64,000 nt of DNA. Source: Clostridia bacterium (GTDB lineage: Bacteria; Bacillota; Clostridia; RGIG6154). Position 1 is the first letter of the stretch. Each line of letters starts with the position of its first letter. This document shows, piece after piece, positions 20,357 to 29,946 of the stretch. The stretch covers positions 18,719 through 82,718 of the forward strand of contig JAZNOU010000020.1 in assembly GCA_045589295.1 (NCBI GenBank), read 5' to 3'. Under the pieces are notes generated by a model that did not search any database, was not told the origin of the DNA, and saw only the letters and a list, made by a program, of their open reading frames with translations. A program made the translations under genes and the position numbers.

Positions 20357-22551
20357 CAGTATTTAAGCCTTTCTTTAAGCCCTGAAAATCTGTTGATTTC
20401 CGAATTGTTTTTCACCATCTGCTCTAACACAGATATCTGACCTACCAGTACAACAAGTTTTTTTGCCCTTGTAACTGCGGTATACAAAAGGTTCCTGTTA
20501 GTAAGAGTTATTGCACCGGGGTACATTGGTATAACAACCACGGGAAATTCACTTCCCTGACTTTTATGAATTGTGGTTGCATACGCTTGTTCCAAATCTG
20601 ATGCATACGAAAACGGATACATAACCTCTTTATCACCATCAAAAGTTATATCCATAAATTCATATTCTTTGTCTATTTTTTCAACAATCCCAATATCTCC
20701 GTTAAAAAGTCCAAAACCAACATCTTTTTGGGTTTCACTTTCCCACTCGATATCATAATTATTCTTAACCTGCATTACTTTATCAAGTTCACGAAACAAA
20801 ATGTTTCCTATTTCCTTTTCGTTTTTTACGGATGTTTTAGGATTTAATGCTTCCTGAAGTGCACTATTTAGTGCATTTACGCCAACCGCACCTTTTCTCA
20901 TTGGGGTCAAAACCTGAATATCGCAAAACGGATCTAAATCATAAGTTTTTGGAAGTCTTGTTTTAACAAGTTCTACTATTGTTGAAATAATCTGCTCTGG
21001 GCTATTTCTTTGCATAAAGAAAAAGTCTTTATCTTTTTCATTCAAAAGTGGCATTTGCCCCTTGTTTATTCTGTGAGCGTTTACCACAATCATACTCTCG
21101 CTTGCCTGCCTGAAAATCTCAGTCAGCTGAACTGTTTCAATCCCATCGCTTGCAATAATATCTCTTAAAACGTTTCCTGCACCTACTGATGGGAGCTGAT
21201 CTGCATCACCCACCATAATAAGTGTTGCGTTTTCAGGAATTGCTTTTAAAAGGCTGTTAAAAAGTGACAGATCTACCATAGACATCTCATCAATTATAAC
21301 CACTTTTGCATCCAATGGGTTTGTTTCATTTTTGAAAAATACTGTTTTGTCTTCATCTGACGAAAAATTTGATTCCAACAGTCTGTGAATTGTCTTTGCC
21401 TCGCGATTTGAAAGCTCTGACACCCTTTTGGCGGCTCTGCCAGTAGGGGCTGTTAAAGTTACGGTTTTCCCGCTTAATTCCATAGCATTGATAATTGCAT
21501 TGATTACAGTTGTTTTACCTGTACCAGGTCCACCCGTTACCACTAAAACAGGCATTGTTAGTGCACTTATCACTGCCCTTCTTTGTGCATCATTTAGCGT
21601 TATGTTTGTATGCTTTTCAACTTTTTCCACCAATTTATAATGTTGTTCAGTTTCTTTTTCAGGAAATCTTGCATTAAGTTGTTTTAAAATATATGCAACA
21701 TTTTTCTCTGCTACATGCATTGTCGGAAGATATATTGCCTCGCCGTCACTGGTTTTTTCAGAAACTATTCCTCTTTCAATCAAAAGCTCTGTTATCATAT
21801 TTGAAACAACACTTTCATCGCACCCAAGAGCAGAGGCGCTTTTTCTTTCCAGTAAAAATCTTGGACAAAATGTATGGCCACCAAGTGACAATTCCTGCAA
21901 CACATATTTTATTCCTGATTTTATTCTTTCCTCACTGTTTAAGCTTCCGCCAAGTTTTAAAGCAATTTTATCTGCAGTCTTAAATCCTATGCCTTGAATT
22001 TGCTCACAAAGAATATATGGATTTGCCTTTATTTTCTCAATTGAATTATAACCTAACTTTTTAAATATTTTACCTGAAAAACCTATCGAAATATCATATT
22101 CCTGCAAAAACATAACTATATTTCTTACACCGAACTGCATCAAATAGGAATTTCCTATTTCATATGCTTTTTTTATGCTTATTCCTTTGATGTCAGCAAG
22201 TTTTTCAGGTGCGTTTTCAATTACATTTAAGGTGTCTTCCCCAAATACATCTACTATTTTTTTTGCAGTTGCACTGCGTATGCCTTTAATCATTCCCGAA
22301 CTTAAATATTTATAAATACTGTCAATTGAATTTGGCGGTGTTTTGGAAAATGCGCACACAGAAAACTGGTGACCGTAAACGGGATGAGTTTTGTACTCAC
22401 CTTCAACCGTTATACTTTCACCCGGGGAAATTCCCATAATATTTCCTACAATTGTTATAAGTACACCGCCCGAGTCAATGTCTGCAACACAGTAGCCGTT
22501 ATCTTCATTGTAGAAAATTATCTCTTCAATTGTTCCTGTGATTTTTTCCAT
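20356..22551 (-). CDS. recD2: ATP-dependent RecD-like DNA helicase
   Basis: HPVYGHQF, GFKTADKIA, TGGPGTGKT, DEMSM, YATTIHKSQGSEF, YTAVTRA. Confidence 0.95.
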   Translation of the reverse strand: MEKITGTIEEIIFYNEDNGYCVADIDSGGVLITIVGNIMGISPGESITVEGEYKTHPVYGHQFSVCAFSKTPPNSIDSIYKYLSSGMIKGIRSATAKKIVDVFGEDTLNVIENAPEKLADIKGISIKKAYEIGNSYLMQFGVRNIVMFLQEYDISIGFSGKIFKKLGYNSIEKIKANPYILCEQIQGIGFKTADKIALKLGGSLNSEERIKSGIKYVLQELSLGGHTFCPRFLLERKSASALGCDESVVSNMITELLIERGIVSEKTSDGEAIYLPTMHVAEKNVAYILKQLNARFPEKETEQHYKLVEKVEKHTNITLNDAQRRAVISALTMPVLVVTGGPGTGKTTVINAIINAMELSGKTVTLTAPTGRAAKRVSELSNREAKTIHRLLESNFSSDEDKTVFFKNETNPLDAKVVIIDEMSMVDLSLFNSLLKAIPENATLIMVGDADQLPSVGAGNVLRDIIASDGIETVQLTEIFRQASESMIVVNAHRINKGQMPLLNEKDKDFFFMQRNSPEQIISTIVELVKTRLPKTYDLDPFCDIQVLTPMRKGAVGVNALNSALQEALNPKTSVKNEKEIGNILFRELDKVMQVKNNYDIEWESETQKDVGFGLFNGDIGIVEKIDKEYEFMDITFDGDKEVMYPFSYASDLEQAYATTIHKSQGSEFPVVVIPMYPGAITLTNRNLLYTAVTRAKKLVVLVGQISVLEQMVKNNSEINRFSGLKERLKY

Positions 22552-22563
22552 ATTTTTCTCCGT

Positions 22564-22860
22564 CTATATAAAATCCAAAAGTTCCTCCGCCGAATTTTCC
22601 TTTGAAACAAATCCCGCAAACTCAAAATGATTTCTTAATATTTCAAGTTTTTCCTCACTGATATTCTCATGAAGAAAAACAATGCTTGCCTTTTGTTTTT
22701 TTAATCTTAAGCAAAGCATTTTAAGATCTGTCTCCTCGTCAATTTTAACTACAAGTGTTGCATTTTGCGGATCAGCATAAAACACAATATCCCACAAAAG
22801 CGCCAAAACCTGTAAGATACCAAAAACAGTAAAAAAGCAAAGCACTATTTCAAAAAACAT
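22564..22860 (-). CDS. Hypothetical protein with N-terminal TM helix
   Basis: RBS GAGGGAG; fills the gap between rsmI and recD2. Confidence 0.65.
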   Translation of the reverse strand: MFFEIVLCFFTVFGILQVLALLWDIVFYADPQNATLVVKIDEETDLKMLCLRLKKQKASIVFLHENISEEKLEILRNHFEFAGFVSKENSAEELLDFI

Positions 22861-22905
22861 AAATTTCACTCCCTCAGTTTATAATACTGAAGAAATTTTA
22901 ATTTG

Positions 22906-23742
22906 TTACTCAATGTTTTCAAGCACAAGCTGATAAACCTCTCTTTTTTGAATTCCCAGTTTTTGAGCTGTTTCTTTTATTGCACTTTTTTTATCCGTTC
23001 CGCCGTCAATTAGTCTTTTAACTTCGTTTAATATGTCCTGTTGGGTAATTTCTGATTTTTCAGGTTCTTTATACCCTTCAACTACTAATACAAATTCGCC
23101 CTTAGGTTCTTTTTCTTCAAAATATTCAATTGCACCTTTTATTGTTGTCCTTATTACTTGCTCATACATTTTTGTAAGCTCGCGGCACAGAGAAATTTTT
23201 CTGTCGCCCAAAGCCCCGTACAAATCTGAAAGTGTTTTTCTGAGCTTATGCGGTGCTTCATAAAAAATAAGAGTATGAGGCTGAAGTTTTATTTCTTCCA
23301 AATGCTTGTTTCTTTGTGGTTTGTTTACAGACAAAAACCCCTCAAAAGAAAACCTGCCCGTATCAAGTCCTGAAATTATAAGTGCCTGAACAAACGCACA
23401 TGCACCGGGTATCGGCACAACATCAATGTCTTTTTCAGCACAAAGTTTAACAATGTCTTCACCTGGGTCTGAAATTGCCGGCGTCCCCGCATCTGTAACC
23501 AATGCGCAGTTTTCCCCATTTTTAATCCTTGAAACAATATACTCTCCGCGCTCTCTTTTGTTATGTTCAAAATAACTTACCATAGGTTTTTTAATGCCAA
23601 ATTTATTAAAAAGCTTTAAAGTGTTTCTTGTATCCTCTGCTGCAACAAAGTCAACATTTTCTAATACCTCTATTGCTCTTTGTGACATGTCGGAAAGATT
23701 ACCTATCGGCGTTGCAACCAGATACAACTTATGCTCGCTCAT
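22906..23742 (-). CDS. rsmI: 16S rRNA C1402 2'-O-methyltransferase
   Basis: LYLVATPIGNL, AEDTR, DAGTPAISDPG, RELTK. Confidence 0.96.
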   Translation of the reverse strand: MSEHKLYLVATPIGNLSDMSQRAIEVLENVDFVAAEDTRNTLKLFNKFGIKKPMVSYFEHNKRERGEYIVSRIKNGENCALVTDAGTPAISDPGEDIVKLCAEKDIDVVPIPGACAFVQALIISGLDTGRFSFEGFLSVNKPQRNKHLEEIKLQPHTLIFYEAPHKLRKTLSDLYGALGDRKISLCRELTKMYEQVIRTTIKGAIEYFEEKEPKGEFVLVVEGYKEPEKSEITQQDILNEVKRLIDGGTDKKSAIKETAQKLGIQKREVYQLVLENIE

Positions 23743-24473
23743 TTTTTATCCTCCTTTAAAGCCTTGCTATATAAATTATTGATATTTGCAGTATAGTTTC
23801 CGTCTTCATCATAAACATAAAGGTTTTCTTCATACCTTAATCCCTTGCCGCCATCTTTTGCACCTTCCACAAGTATAAGTGATGGTTCTTTTGCCTGTGC
23901 GTTTGAATACACAAACTGAACTCGCTTAGGTTCAATTTTATACTTTTTCATAGTGTAAAATATTTCGGCCAATCTCTCGGGCTTATGTACCATTGCAATT
24001 TTCCCCTTAGAAACCAAAAGCTTTGATGCCCTCATAAACACGTCATCTAAGGTAAGGGTAATTTCGTGACGCGCTATTGCAAGAGGTGACTCAGGATTTT
24101 TAAGACCGCTTCCTGTTTCTTTATATGGCGGATTGCACGTTATATAGTTAAACTGTTCATTTAGGCAAGTTTCTCTCACATCACCCAACACTACTGTAAT
24201 AAGGTTTTGTAAATTGTTTATTTCAACATTTTTTTGTGCAAGCAAAAAGCTTTGCTTTTGAATTTCAATCCCCGTAATATGCTTTGCCTTTACTTTTGCG
24301 GAAAGCAAAACCGGAATTATTCCGTTACCTGTCCCGATGTCTAAAATATTTGCACACTTTGAAGGGTTTGCAAAATTGGCAAGCAAAACAGCATCTGTCC
24401 CGAAACAGAACAGATTTTTATCCTGAACAAGTTTTAAATTATTAATCTGCAAATCATCAATTCTTAAACTCAA
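23739..24473 (-). CDS. tRNA1(Val) A37 N6-methyltransferase (YabB-like)
   Basis: FGTDAVLL, DIGTGNG, NPPY, ARHE. Confidence 0.9.
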   Translation of the reverse strand: MSLRIDDLQINNLKLVQDKNLFCFGTDAVLLANFANPSKCANILDIGTGNGIIPVLLSAKVKAKHITGIEIQKQSFLLAQKNVEINNLQNLITVVLGDVRETCLNEQFNYITCNPPYKETGSGLKNPESPLAIARHEITLTLDDVFMRASKLLVSKGKIAMVHKPERLAEIFYTMKKYKIEPKRVQFVYSNAQAKEPSLILVEGAKDGGKGLRYEENLYVYDEDGNYTANINNLYSKALKEDKK

Positions 24474-24495
24474 ATCAAATACTCCTTAATAAAAC

Positions 24496-24532
24496 AAAAA
24501 AGCGATGACTTTTCTGCCATCGCTCTTTTTTT
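24496..24532 (-). terminator. Terminator downstream of ferredoxin
   Basis: AGCGATG...CATCGCT stem flanked by A/T runs. Confidence 0.6.
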
Positions 24533-24540
24533 GCGTAATA

Positions 24541-24711
24541 TTATTCAGCAACAGGAGCGCCAACAGGGCAAACACTTGCGCATGAACCGCATTCGATACA
24601 TTCATCTGCGTTGATTTCGTATTTACCATCGCCTGCAGCAATGCAAGATACAGGGCATTCGCCTTCACAAGCGCCGCAGCTGATGCATTCATCATTAATT
24701 ACATATGCCAT
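24541..24711 (-). CDS. fdx: Clostridial 2[4Fe-4S] ferredoxin (56 aa, not in ORF track)
   Basis: Manual translation MAYVINDECISCGACEGECPVSCIAAGDGKYEINADECIECGSCASVCPVGAPVAE; AAGGAGG RBS. Confidence 0.95.
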   Translation of the reverse strand: MAYVINDECISCGACEGECPVSCIAAGDGKYEINADECIECGSCASVCPVGAPVAE

Positions 24712-24785
24712 CGTAGAACACCTCCTTAAACACTATATACATTTTATCACAAATTTTAAATTTTGCAAGTATTTTTTGCAAATAG

Positions 24786-25646
24786 TTATTCCAAGTCCTT
24801 TAAAAGCTTAAGTTCTTCATCACTTACTTTGATTTTTGCCGATTTTAATACCTTGATTTCACTTACATGGTAAGTCTGAATATTGTTTTCGCTTTCGGCA
24901 AGTTTAACTTTAAGCATTCCTCTTAAAAGATTCACATCAACAACCGTGCCCTTACCTGACGGTGTCTGCACCTCTGAACCCACATTAGGTGTTGATCTGT
25001 TAAGGTCCTCATAAGCTTCTTGCTCATACTTTAAGCAACACATAAGTCTTGAACAAGTACCCGAAATTTTTGTAGGATTCAACGACAAATTTTGTTCTTT
25101 TGCCATTTTGATTGAAACAGGCTCAAAGCCACCAAGGTGCGATGCACAACAAAGTTTTCTTCCGCACACACCAAGACCGCCTACAATTTTTGCCTCATCA
25201 CGAACACCTATTTGGCGAAGCTCAATACGTGTTTTGAAAACAGAAGCCAAATCTTTAACAAGTTCTCTGAAGTCAACACGTCCATCAGAAGTAAAGTAAA
25301 ATAAAATCTTGTTCTGGTCAAATGTATATTCAACGTCAACCAGTTTCATGTCAAGATTATGCTTTTGAATTTTTTCATTGCATATTTTATATGCTTCTTT
25401 TTCCTTTTGCGCATTTTCCTCTGCCTGCTTTAAATCTTTTTCGGTTGCAACTCTTAAAACAGGCTTTAAAGGTGATACAATATTCTTATCATCAGACATT
25501 TTGTTTGCTATTGCAACAGTGCCCATTTCAACACCTCTTGCAGTTTCTACAATAACGTTTTGCTCTTTATTGTACTTTTTGCCCTGAGGGTCAAAATAAT
25601 AAACCTTGCCTGAATTTTTAAATCTTATTCCAACTATTTCAGTCAT
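24786..25646 (-). CDS. PSP1-domain protein (YaaT/RicT)
   Basis: YYFDP, RVDFRELVKDL, RIELRQIGVRDE, CGRKLCC, LMCCLKYE. Confidence 0.93.
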   Translation of the reverse strand: MTEIVGIRFKNSGKVYYFDPQGKKYNKEQNVIVETARGVEMGTVAIANKMSDDKNIVSPLKPVLRVATEKDLKQAEENAQKEKEAYKICNEKIQKHNLDMKLVDVEYTFDQNKILFYFTSDGRVDFRELVKDLASVFKTRIELRQIGVRDEAKIVGGLGVCGRKLCCASHLGGFEPVSIKMAKEQNLSLNPTKISGTCSRLMCCLKYEQEAYEDLNRSTPNVGSEVQTPSGKGTVVDVNLLRGMLKVKLAESENNIQTYHVSEIKVLKSAKIKVSDEELKLLKDLE

Positions 25647-26625
25647 GTATTTCCTCCCATACGCCAAGAAGCGTATTTGTAACTGTTAACGCAAACGAAG
25701 CATTCTTTTTTATATTTTCGTTTGCAACAGAAATTTTTTCAATTATATGATAAATTTTTGAATTGTTAATTCTTGTTGCAAGTGCAGAAAGTTCTTTGTA
25801 TAAATCGCTGTTTATAACCGATGTTTCGCACATGTTTGCATTTAAAACCGCACAATCCCTTAAAATTGCAAATATAAAGCTTAAATTTTCTTCAAAGTTT
25901 TCCTTATCATCAGCAAGATAATTTGAAAAATCAAACACCGCTGACTTTTCACTCTTTGTAAGCTTGCCCATGAAAATCAACAAACGTTTTCTCTTATCAA
26001 AAAAACCGTCTTCTTTTAAAAGCTTTTCTGCCCCTACAGGATTTCCGTCGCAAAATTTAGCACAAAAATCCGCCATATCTTTTTTTTCAGGATATTTTCC
26101 TTTAAGGTACTCTGTAACCTGATGCCACGAGGGAAGCCTTAAAGTATACTTTATAAGTCTTGAAAGAACCGTAGGCAAAAGCTGTTCTTCTTTTGATGCA
26201 ATCATAATTATAAGCGCATATTCAGGCGGTGCTTCTAAAAGTTTCAAAAGAGCATTCTGAGCCTGGATTGTCATTTTATCCGCCTCAGGGAAAATGTAAA
26301 TTTTTTTCCCTTTGAAATATGGCTTTATATAAACTCCCGAAGAAAACTCTCTTATTTCATCAACGCCCATACTTGACTTTTTAGGTAAAACAACAATTTT
26401 ATCAGGATGTGTGCCTGCGTTTAATTTAATACAAGAAGGACACACTCCGCAAAAGTTAGCCGATTGTGTTTCACACAACAGCGCATCTGCTACTGCATGA
26501 GCCAAGGTAAGACATTCTTCCTTTTGTCCGCAAAGAAGCATAGCATGACCCAATCGGTTATTTAAGATACTTTGTCTTATTCCTGATATTATATCATCCT
26601 GCCACTTTACAGCTTCAAATCTCAA
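25639..26625 (-). CDS. holB: DNA polymerase III delta' subunit
   Basis: CGVCPSC, HPD, AQNALLKLLE, LLPTVLSR; upstream of PSP1. Confidence 0.88.
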   Translation of the reverse strand: MRFEAVKWQDDIISGIRQSILNNRLGHAMLLCGQKEECLTLAHAVADALLCETQSANFCGVCPSCIKLNAGTHPDKIVVLPKKSSMGVDEIREFSSGVYIKPYFKGKKIYIFPEADKMTIQAQNALLKLLEAPPEYALIIMIASKEEQLLPTVLSRLIKYTLRLPSWHQVTEYLKGKYPEKKDMADFCAKFCDGNPVGAEKLLKEDGFFDKRKRLLIFMGKLTKSEKSAVFDFSNYLADDKENFEENLSFIFAILRDCAVLNANMCETSVINSDLYKELSALATRINNSKIYHIIEKISVANENIKKNASFALTVTNTLLGVWEEIHD

Positions 26626-26749
26626 CTTTAACTCAACCTTTCAAAAATCACACCTTTTATTATACAAAAAAAGCTTAGGTTTGTCAATAATATGCTGATT
26701 GACTTTACAGGCATATAGTGGTAAAATACTTTACAGAAAGGATGATTGT

Positions 26750-27664
26750 GTGATTGATATTCTTGTTGCAGTTTATAATGGTGAAAAATACTTAAAGGAA
26801 CAGTTAAATTCCCTTATAAACCAAACATACAAAGACATTAACATAATAATCCGTGATGACGGTTCAACCGACAACTCTTTGGACATAATCAAAGAGTTTA
26901 AATTTGAGCACCCTGAAAAAACAACCTTGATTAAGGGTAATCCTACCAAAAGCGCAAAAAACAATTATTTTGAACTTTTAAACCACGCAAAATCCGACTA
27001 CATTATGTTTTGCGACCAGGATGACATCTGGCTTGAAAACAAAGTTGAACTTACTTTAGCCAAAATGCAAGAAACTGAAGAAACATACGGCAATAGCATC
27101 CCCGTACTTTGTCACGCAGATTTAAAAGTTGTCGACAAAAACTTAAACGAATTACACAAGTCATTTTTTAAAATGCAAAAATTTGACATAACAAAAACCT
27201 CTTTAAATAGAGCTTTGGTACAAAACATTGTAACAGGGTGTACTATGATGATTAACAAACCTCTTATTGATTTGGCAAAAAATACAAATTCTGAAAATGT
27301 AATAATGCATGACTGGTGGCTGTTTTTAATTGCCTCCGCTTTCGGCAGGGTTGAAGTTGTAAACTCCCCTACCATTTTGTATCGCCAGCACGAAAGTAAT
27401 CAATTAGGTGCAGGCGATTTAAACAAATTCACATATTACAGCAAAAAGTTTAAAACCGGAAATCGTTTACAACTTACATACAATCAGGCAGATGCTTTCT
27501 TAAACACTTTTAATGATTTACTTGATGAAAGCCACAAATCAATTATTAAAGAGTATATAAATCTTCAAAATTACAGCAAACTTAAAAAGATTTTATCTAT
27601 TGCAAAAAATGATTTCTGGAAACATTCAGCAATAAAAAAAGCAGGGCAGATAATGCTTGTTTAA
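26750..27664 (+). CDS. Glycosyltransferase family 2 (rhamnosyltransferase-like)
   Basis: YNGEKY, RDDGSTD, FCDQDDIW, MHDWW, YRQH. Confidence 0.9.
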   Translation: MIDILVAVYNGEKYLKEQLNSLINQTYKDINIIIRDDGSTDNSLDIIKEFKFEHPEKTTLIKGNPTKSAKNNYFELLNHAKSDYIMFCDQDDIWLENKVELTLAKMQETEETYGNSIPVLCHADLKVVDKNLNELHKSFFKMQKFDITKTSLNRALVQNIVTGCTMMINKPLIDLAKNTNSENVIMHDWWLFLIASAFGRVEVVNSPTILYRQHESNQLGAGDLNKFTYYSKKFKTGNRLQLTYNQADAFLNTFNDLLDESHKSIIKEYINLQNYSKLKKILSIAKNDFWKHSAIKKAGQIMLV

Positions 27665-28596
27665 AAGCATTTATCTCCCTGATAAAAGTTATTTTCTGCC
27701 ATAAATTTATCTATTCCGCCAAGTACTGCAATCTTGTTTGTGCTCCAGCGGGGCGCAATCAGATTTTCTTTTGAACCATCACCGGTAATTCTTTCGATTA
27801 CACACCCAGGCTTAAGATATCTTAACTGATTGCACACTGTTTCAATATAATCACTCATTGACATAGTACCAAGTACGCCTCTTATAAGCTGACTTTCGCA
27901 AACTGTATCTTTCATAACGTGAAGAAGATGAATTTTAACTGCGTCGGGCTCTAATTGTCCGATTTTTTTTGCAGTTTGCAACATCATCTCAGGTGTTTCA
28001 TCAATAAGTCCGTTAATAAGATGAACGCATGTTCTGATTTTGTTTTGCTTTAATTTATCAAAAGTTTTTTCAAAAGTCTCAAACAGATATCCCCTGTTTA
28101 TTTTTTTTGCGGTTTCATCAAAAATTGTCTGAAGTCCCAATTCAATTGTAAGATACGTTTCTTTTGAAAGCTCTTTTAAATACGCTATCTTTTCATCATC
28201 CAGGCAATCGGGCCTTGTTGCAACACTTATACCTATAACACCTTCAACCGAAAGTGCCTCTTCATAAAGCTCTTTTAACTTTTGTATATCCGCATAGGTA
28301 TTTGTATGCGCCTGAAAATACGCTATAACAGGAACTTTTCCCCACTTTTTATAAATTCGTTCCTGTTCAAGTTTAATTTGTTGTCGAACGGAAAGTAAAG
28401 ATGAATTTGTAAATTCTGCCGCCCCGCTTGTGCAATAAGTACATCCGCCCTTGCCACAAGTACCATCAATATTAGGACAAGTAAAACCCGCATCAATTAC
28501 AGCCTTAAATACTCTTGTACCAAACTTTTGTAATATATGATAATTGAGCGTATGGTATCTTTTATTATCGCTTGAATATAAAAATCCACTCTTCAT
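27661..28596 (-). CDS. TIGR01212-family radical SAM protein
   Basis: GFTCPNIDG..GGCTYC, YFQAHTNTY, TRPDC, ELGLQT. Confidence 0.9.
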   Translation of the reverse strand: MKSGFLYSSDNKRYHTLNYHILQKFGTRVFKAVIDAGFTCPNIDGTCGKGGCTYCTSGAAEFTNSSLLSVRQQIKLEQERIYKKWGKVPVIAYFQAHTNTYADIQKLKELYEEALSVEGVIGISVATRPDCLDDEKIAYLKELSKETYLTIELGLQTIFDETAKKINRGYLFETFEKTFDKLKQNKIRTCVHLINGLIDETPEMMLQTAKKIGQLEPDAVKIHLLHVMKDTVCESQLIRGVLGTMSMSDYIETVCNQLRYLKPGCVIERITGDGSKENLIAPRWSTNKIAVLGGIDKFMAENNFYQGDKCF

Positions 28597-29477
28597 AGCA
28601 AAAGTTCTGCCGCAACTCCTTCTCTTACACTACCCGTACAAAAACAAATTTCCTCCGAGCCTGAAAGTGTGCACAATGTCATAATCGGGCAAAGTCCAGA
28701 AACGATTGTATCTGCTCTTTTTTCATCAAATCCTTTAACTTTTTTTCTTTCATCACATGTCATTGTTTTTAGGTTATTATATACCGCAAATACACTCTTA
28801 GCGCTCATTTTGTATCCATCTATATTATCCGACCAGATTTTCATATCAATTTTTGCAAGCTCCTTATTGGACCCGCCCAAAGCAACTATCGGAAACTTGT
28901 TGTTTTTAATAATATCAGCTTTTTCAAGCTCGCTTTTTATGAAACTTTCAAGTTTTTGTGTCCCATTTTCGTCAGGCTTGAAGCTTTCAGTCATCACCAC
29001 ACTGCCTAGTGGCAAACAAACCGCTTTTTCAATCTTGCCGCCTGAAACTAATGCAATTTCAACACTTCCGCCGCCGGTATCTATCATATAAAAATCATTA
29101 TATTTTGCTGTGATTTGAGCGACAAAAACATCGTAATGAGCCTCTTTTAACCCGTCTATAATTTCAACATCAATGTCAAAAAGGCTTTTAACCTCATCTG
29201 TAAAGACAGCGCTGTTTTTGGCACGTCTTAGCGCCTCTGTAGCAACCATTTTTACATTTGAAATACCTTTTTTGTCCAAAATGTCTTTAAACTCTTTTAT
29301 TGCTTCAAAGGTTCTTTTAACCGGTTCTTCTTTTAAAAGATTATCTTTTGTAATTCCTTCTGAAATTCTTACCTGTTTTCGAAATCTTTCTGTCTGAACA
29401 AGCTTGGAATTTTGTTTTTCAAAAATGCCCATTCTTACAGAATTTGAACCAAGGTCAATAACCGCACATTTTGTCAT
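28593..29477 (-). CDS. Ppx/GppA family phosphatase
   Basis: IDLGSNS, ATEALR, DTGGGSVE, SVREG. Confidence 0.88.
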   Translation of the reverse strand: MTKCAVIDLGSNSVRMGIFEKQNSKLVQTERFRKQVRISEGITKDNLLKEEPVKRTFEAIKEFKDILDKKGISNVKMVATEALRRAKNSAVFTDEVKSLFDIDVEIIDGLKEAHYDVFVAQITAKYNDFYMIDTGGGSVEIALVSGGKIEKAVCLPLGSVVMTESFKPDENGTQKLESFIKSELEKADIIKNNKFPIVALGGSNKELAKIDMKIWSDNIDGYKMSAKSVFAVYNNLKTMTCDERKKVKGFDEKRADTIVSGLCPIMTLCTLSGSEEICFCTGSVREGVAAELLL

Positions 29478-29533
29478 ATTTTTTTAAGCTCCTTTAAGAC
29501 ACCTTAAATTTCATGTAGTGCTGTTACCCTATC

Positions 29534-29944
29534 TTACTTACTACTTACAAGTTTATCAAGTTCCGACTGATATTTTGCAACTGAAGCATTAAGTCCTGCT
29601 TTTAATTCATTAATTTCTTCGTTAAGATGATTTAAAACTTGTTTTGACTTTTCAACTTCAGCATCGGCCTCAGCTTTAACTTTCTCTGCTTCTTTTTTTG
29701 CATCCTCGATGATTTCTTTAGCTTTCTTTTCTGCAGCAAGAATAGCCTCACCTACAAGATTGTTTTTTTCAGTCAAAACATTCACTTTTTCTTCCAGTTG
29801 TTCTTTCTCTTTTTTAATGTCATAAATTTCATCTTCAAGTTCAGTTAACATATTCTGAGTTTTTAAATTAAACTCTGCAATATATTCATTTATTATGCTT
29901 TTTTTGTAACCGAACAATGCCTTTTTGAATTTGATATTTTCCAT
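29534..29944 (-). CDS. DivIVA-like coiled-coil protein
   Basis: FKKALFGY N-terminus followed by heptad-rich coiled coil. Confidence 0.65.
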   Translation of the reverse strand: MENIKFKKALFGYKKSIINEYIAEFNLKTQNMLTELEDEIYDIKKEKEQLEEKVNVLTEKNNLVGEAILAAEKKAKEIIEDAKKEAEKVKAEADAEVEKSKQVLNHLNEEINELKAGLNASVAKYQSELDKLVSSK

Positions 29945-29946
29945 AA

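Noticed and set aside
24486-24811. ORF-track ORFs 24486-24695 and 24611-24811
   Set aside because: Off-frame or antisense shadows of the real ferredoxin at 24541-24711; a ferredoxin near holB/PSP1 is also seen in other clostridia and is not novel.
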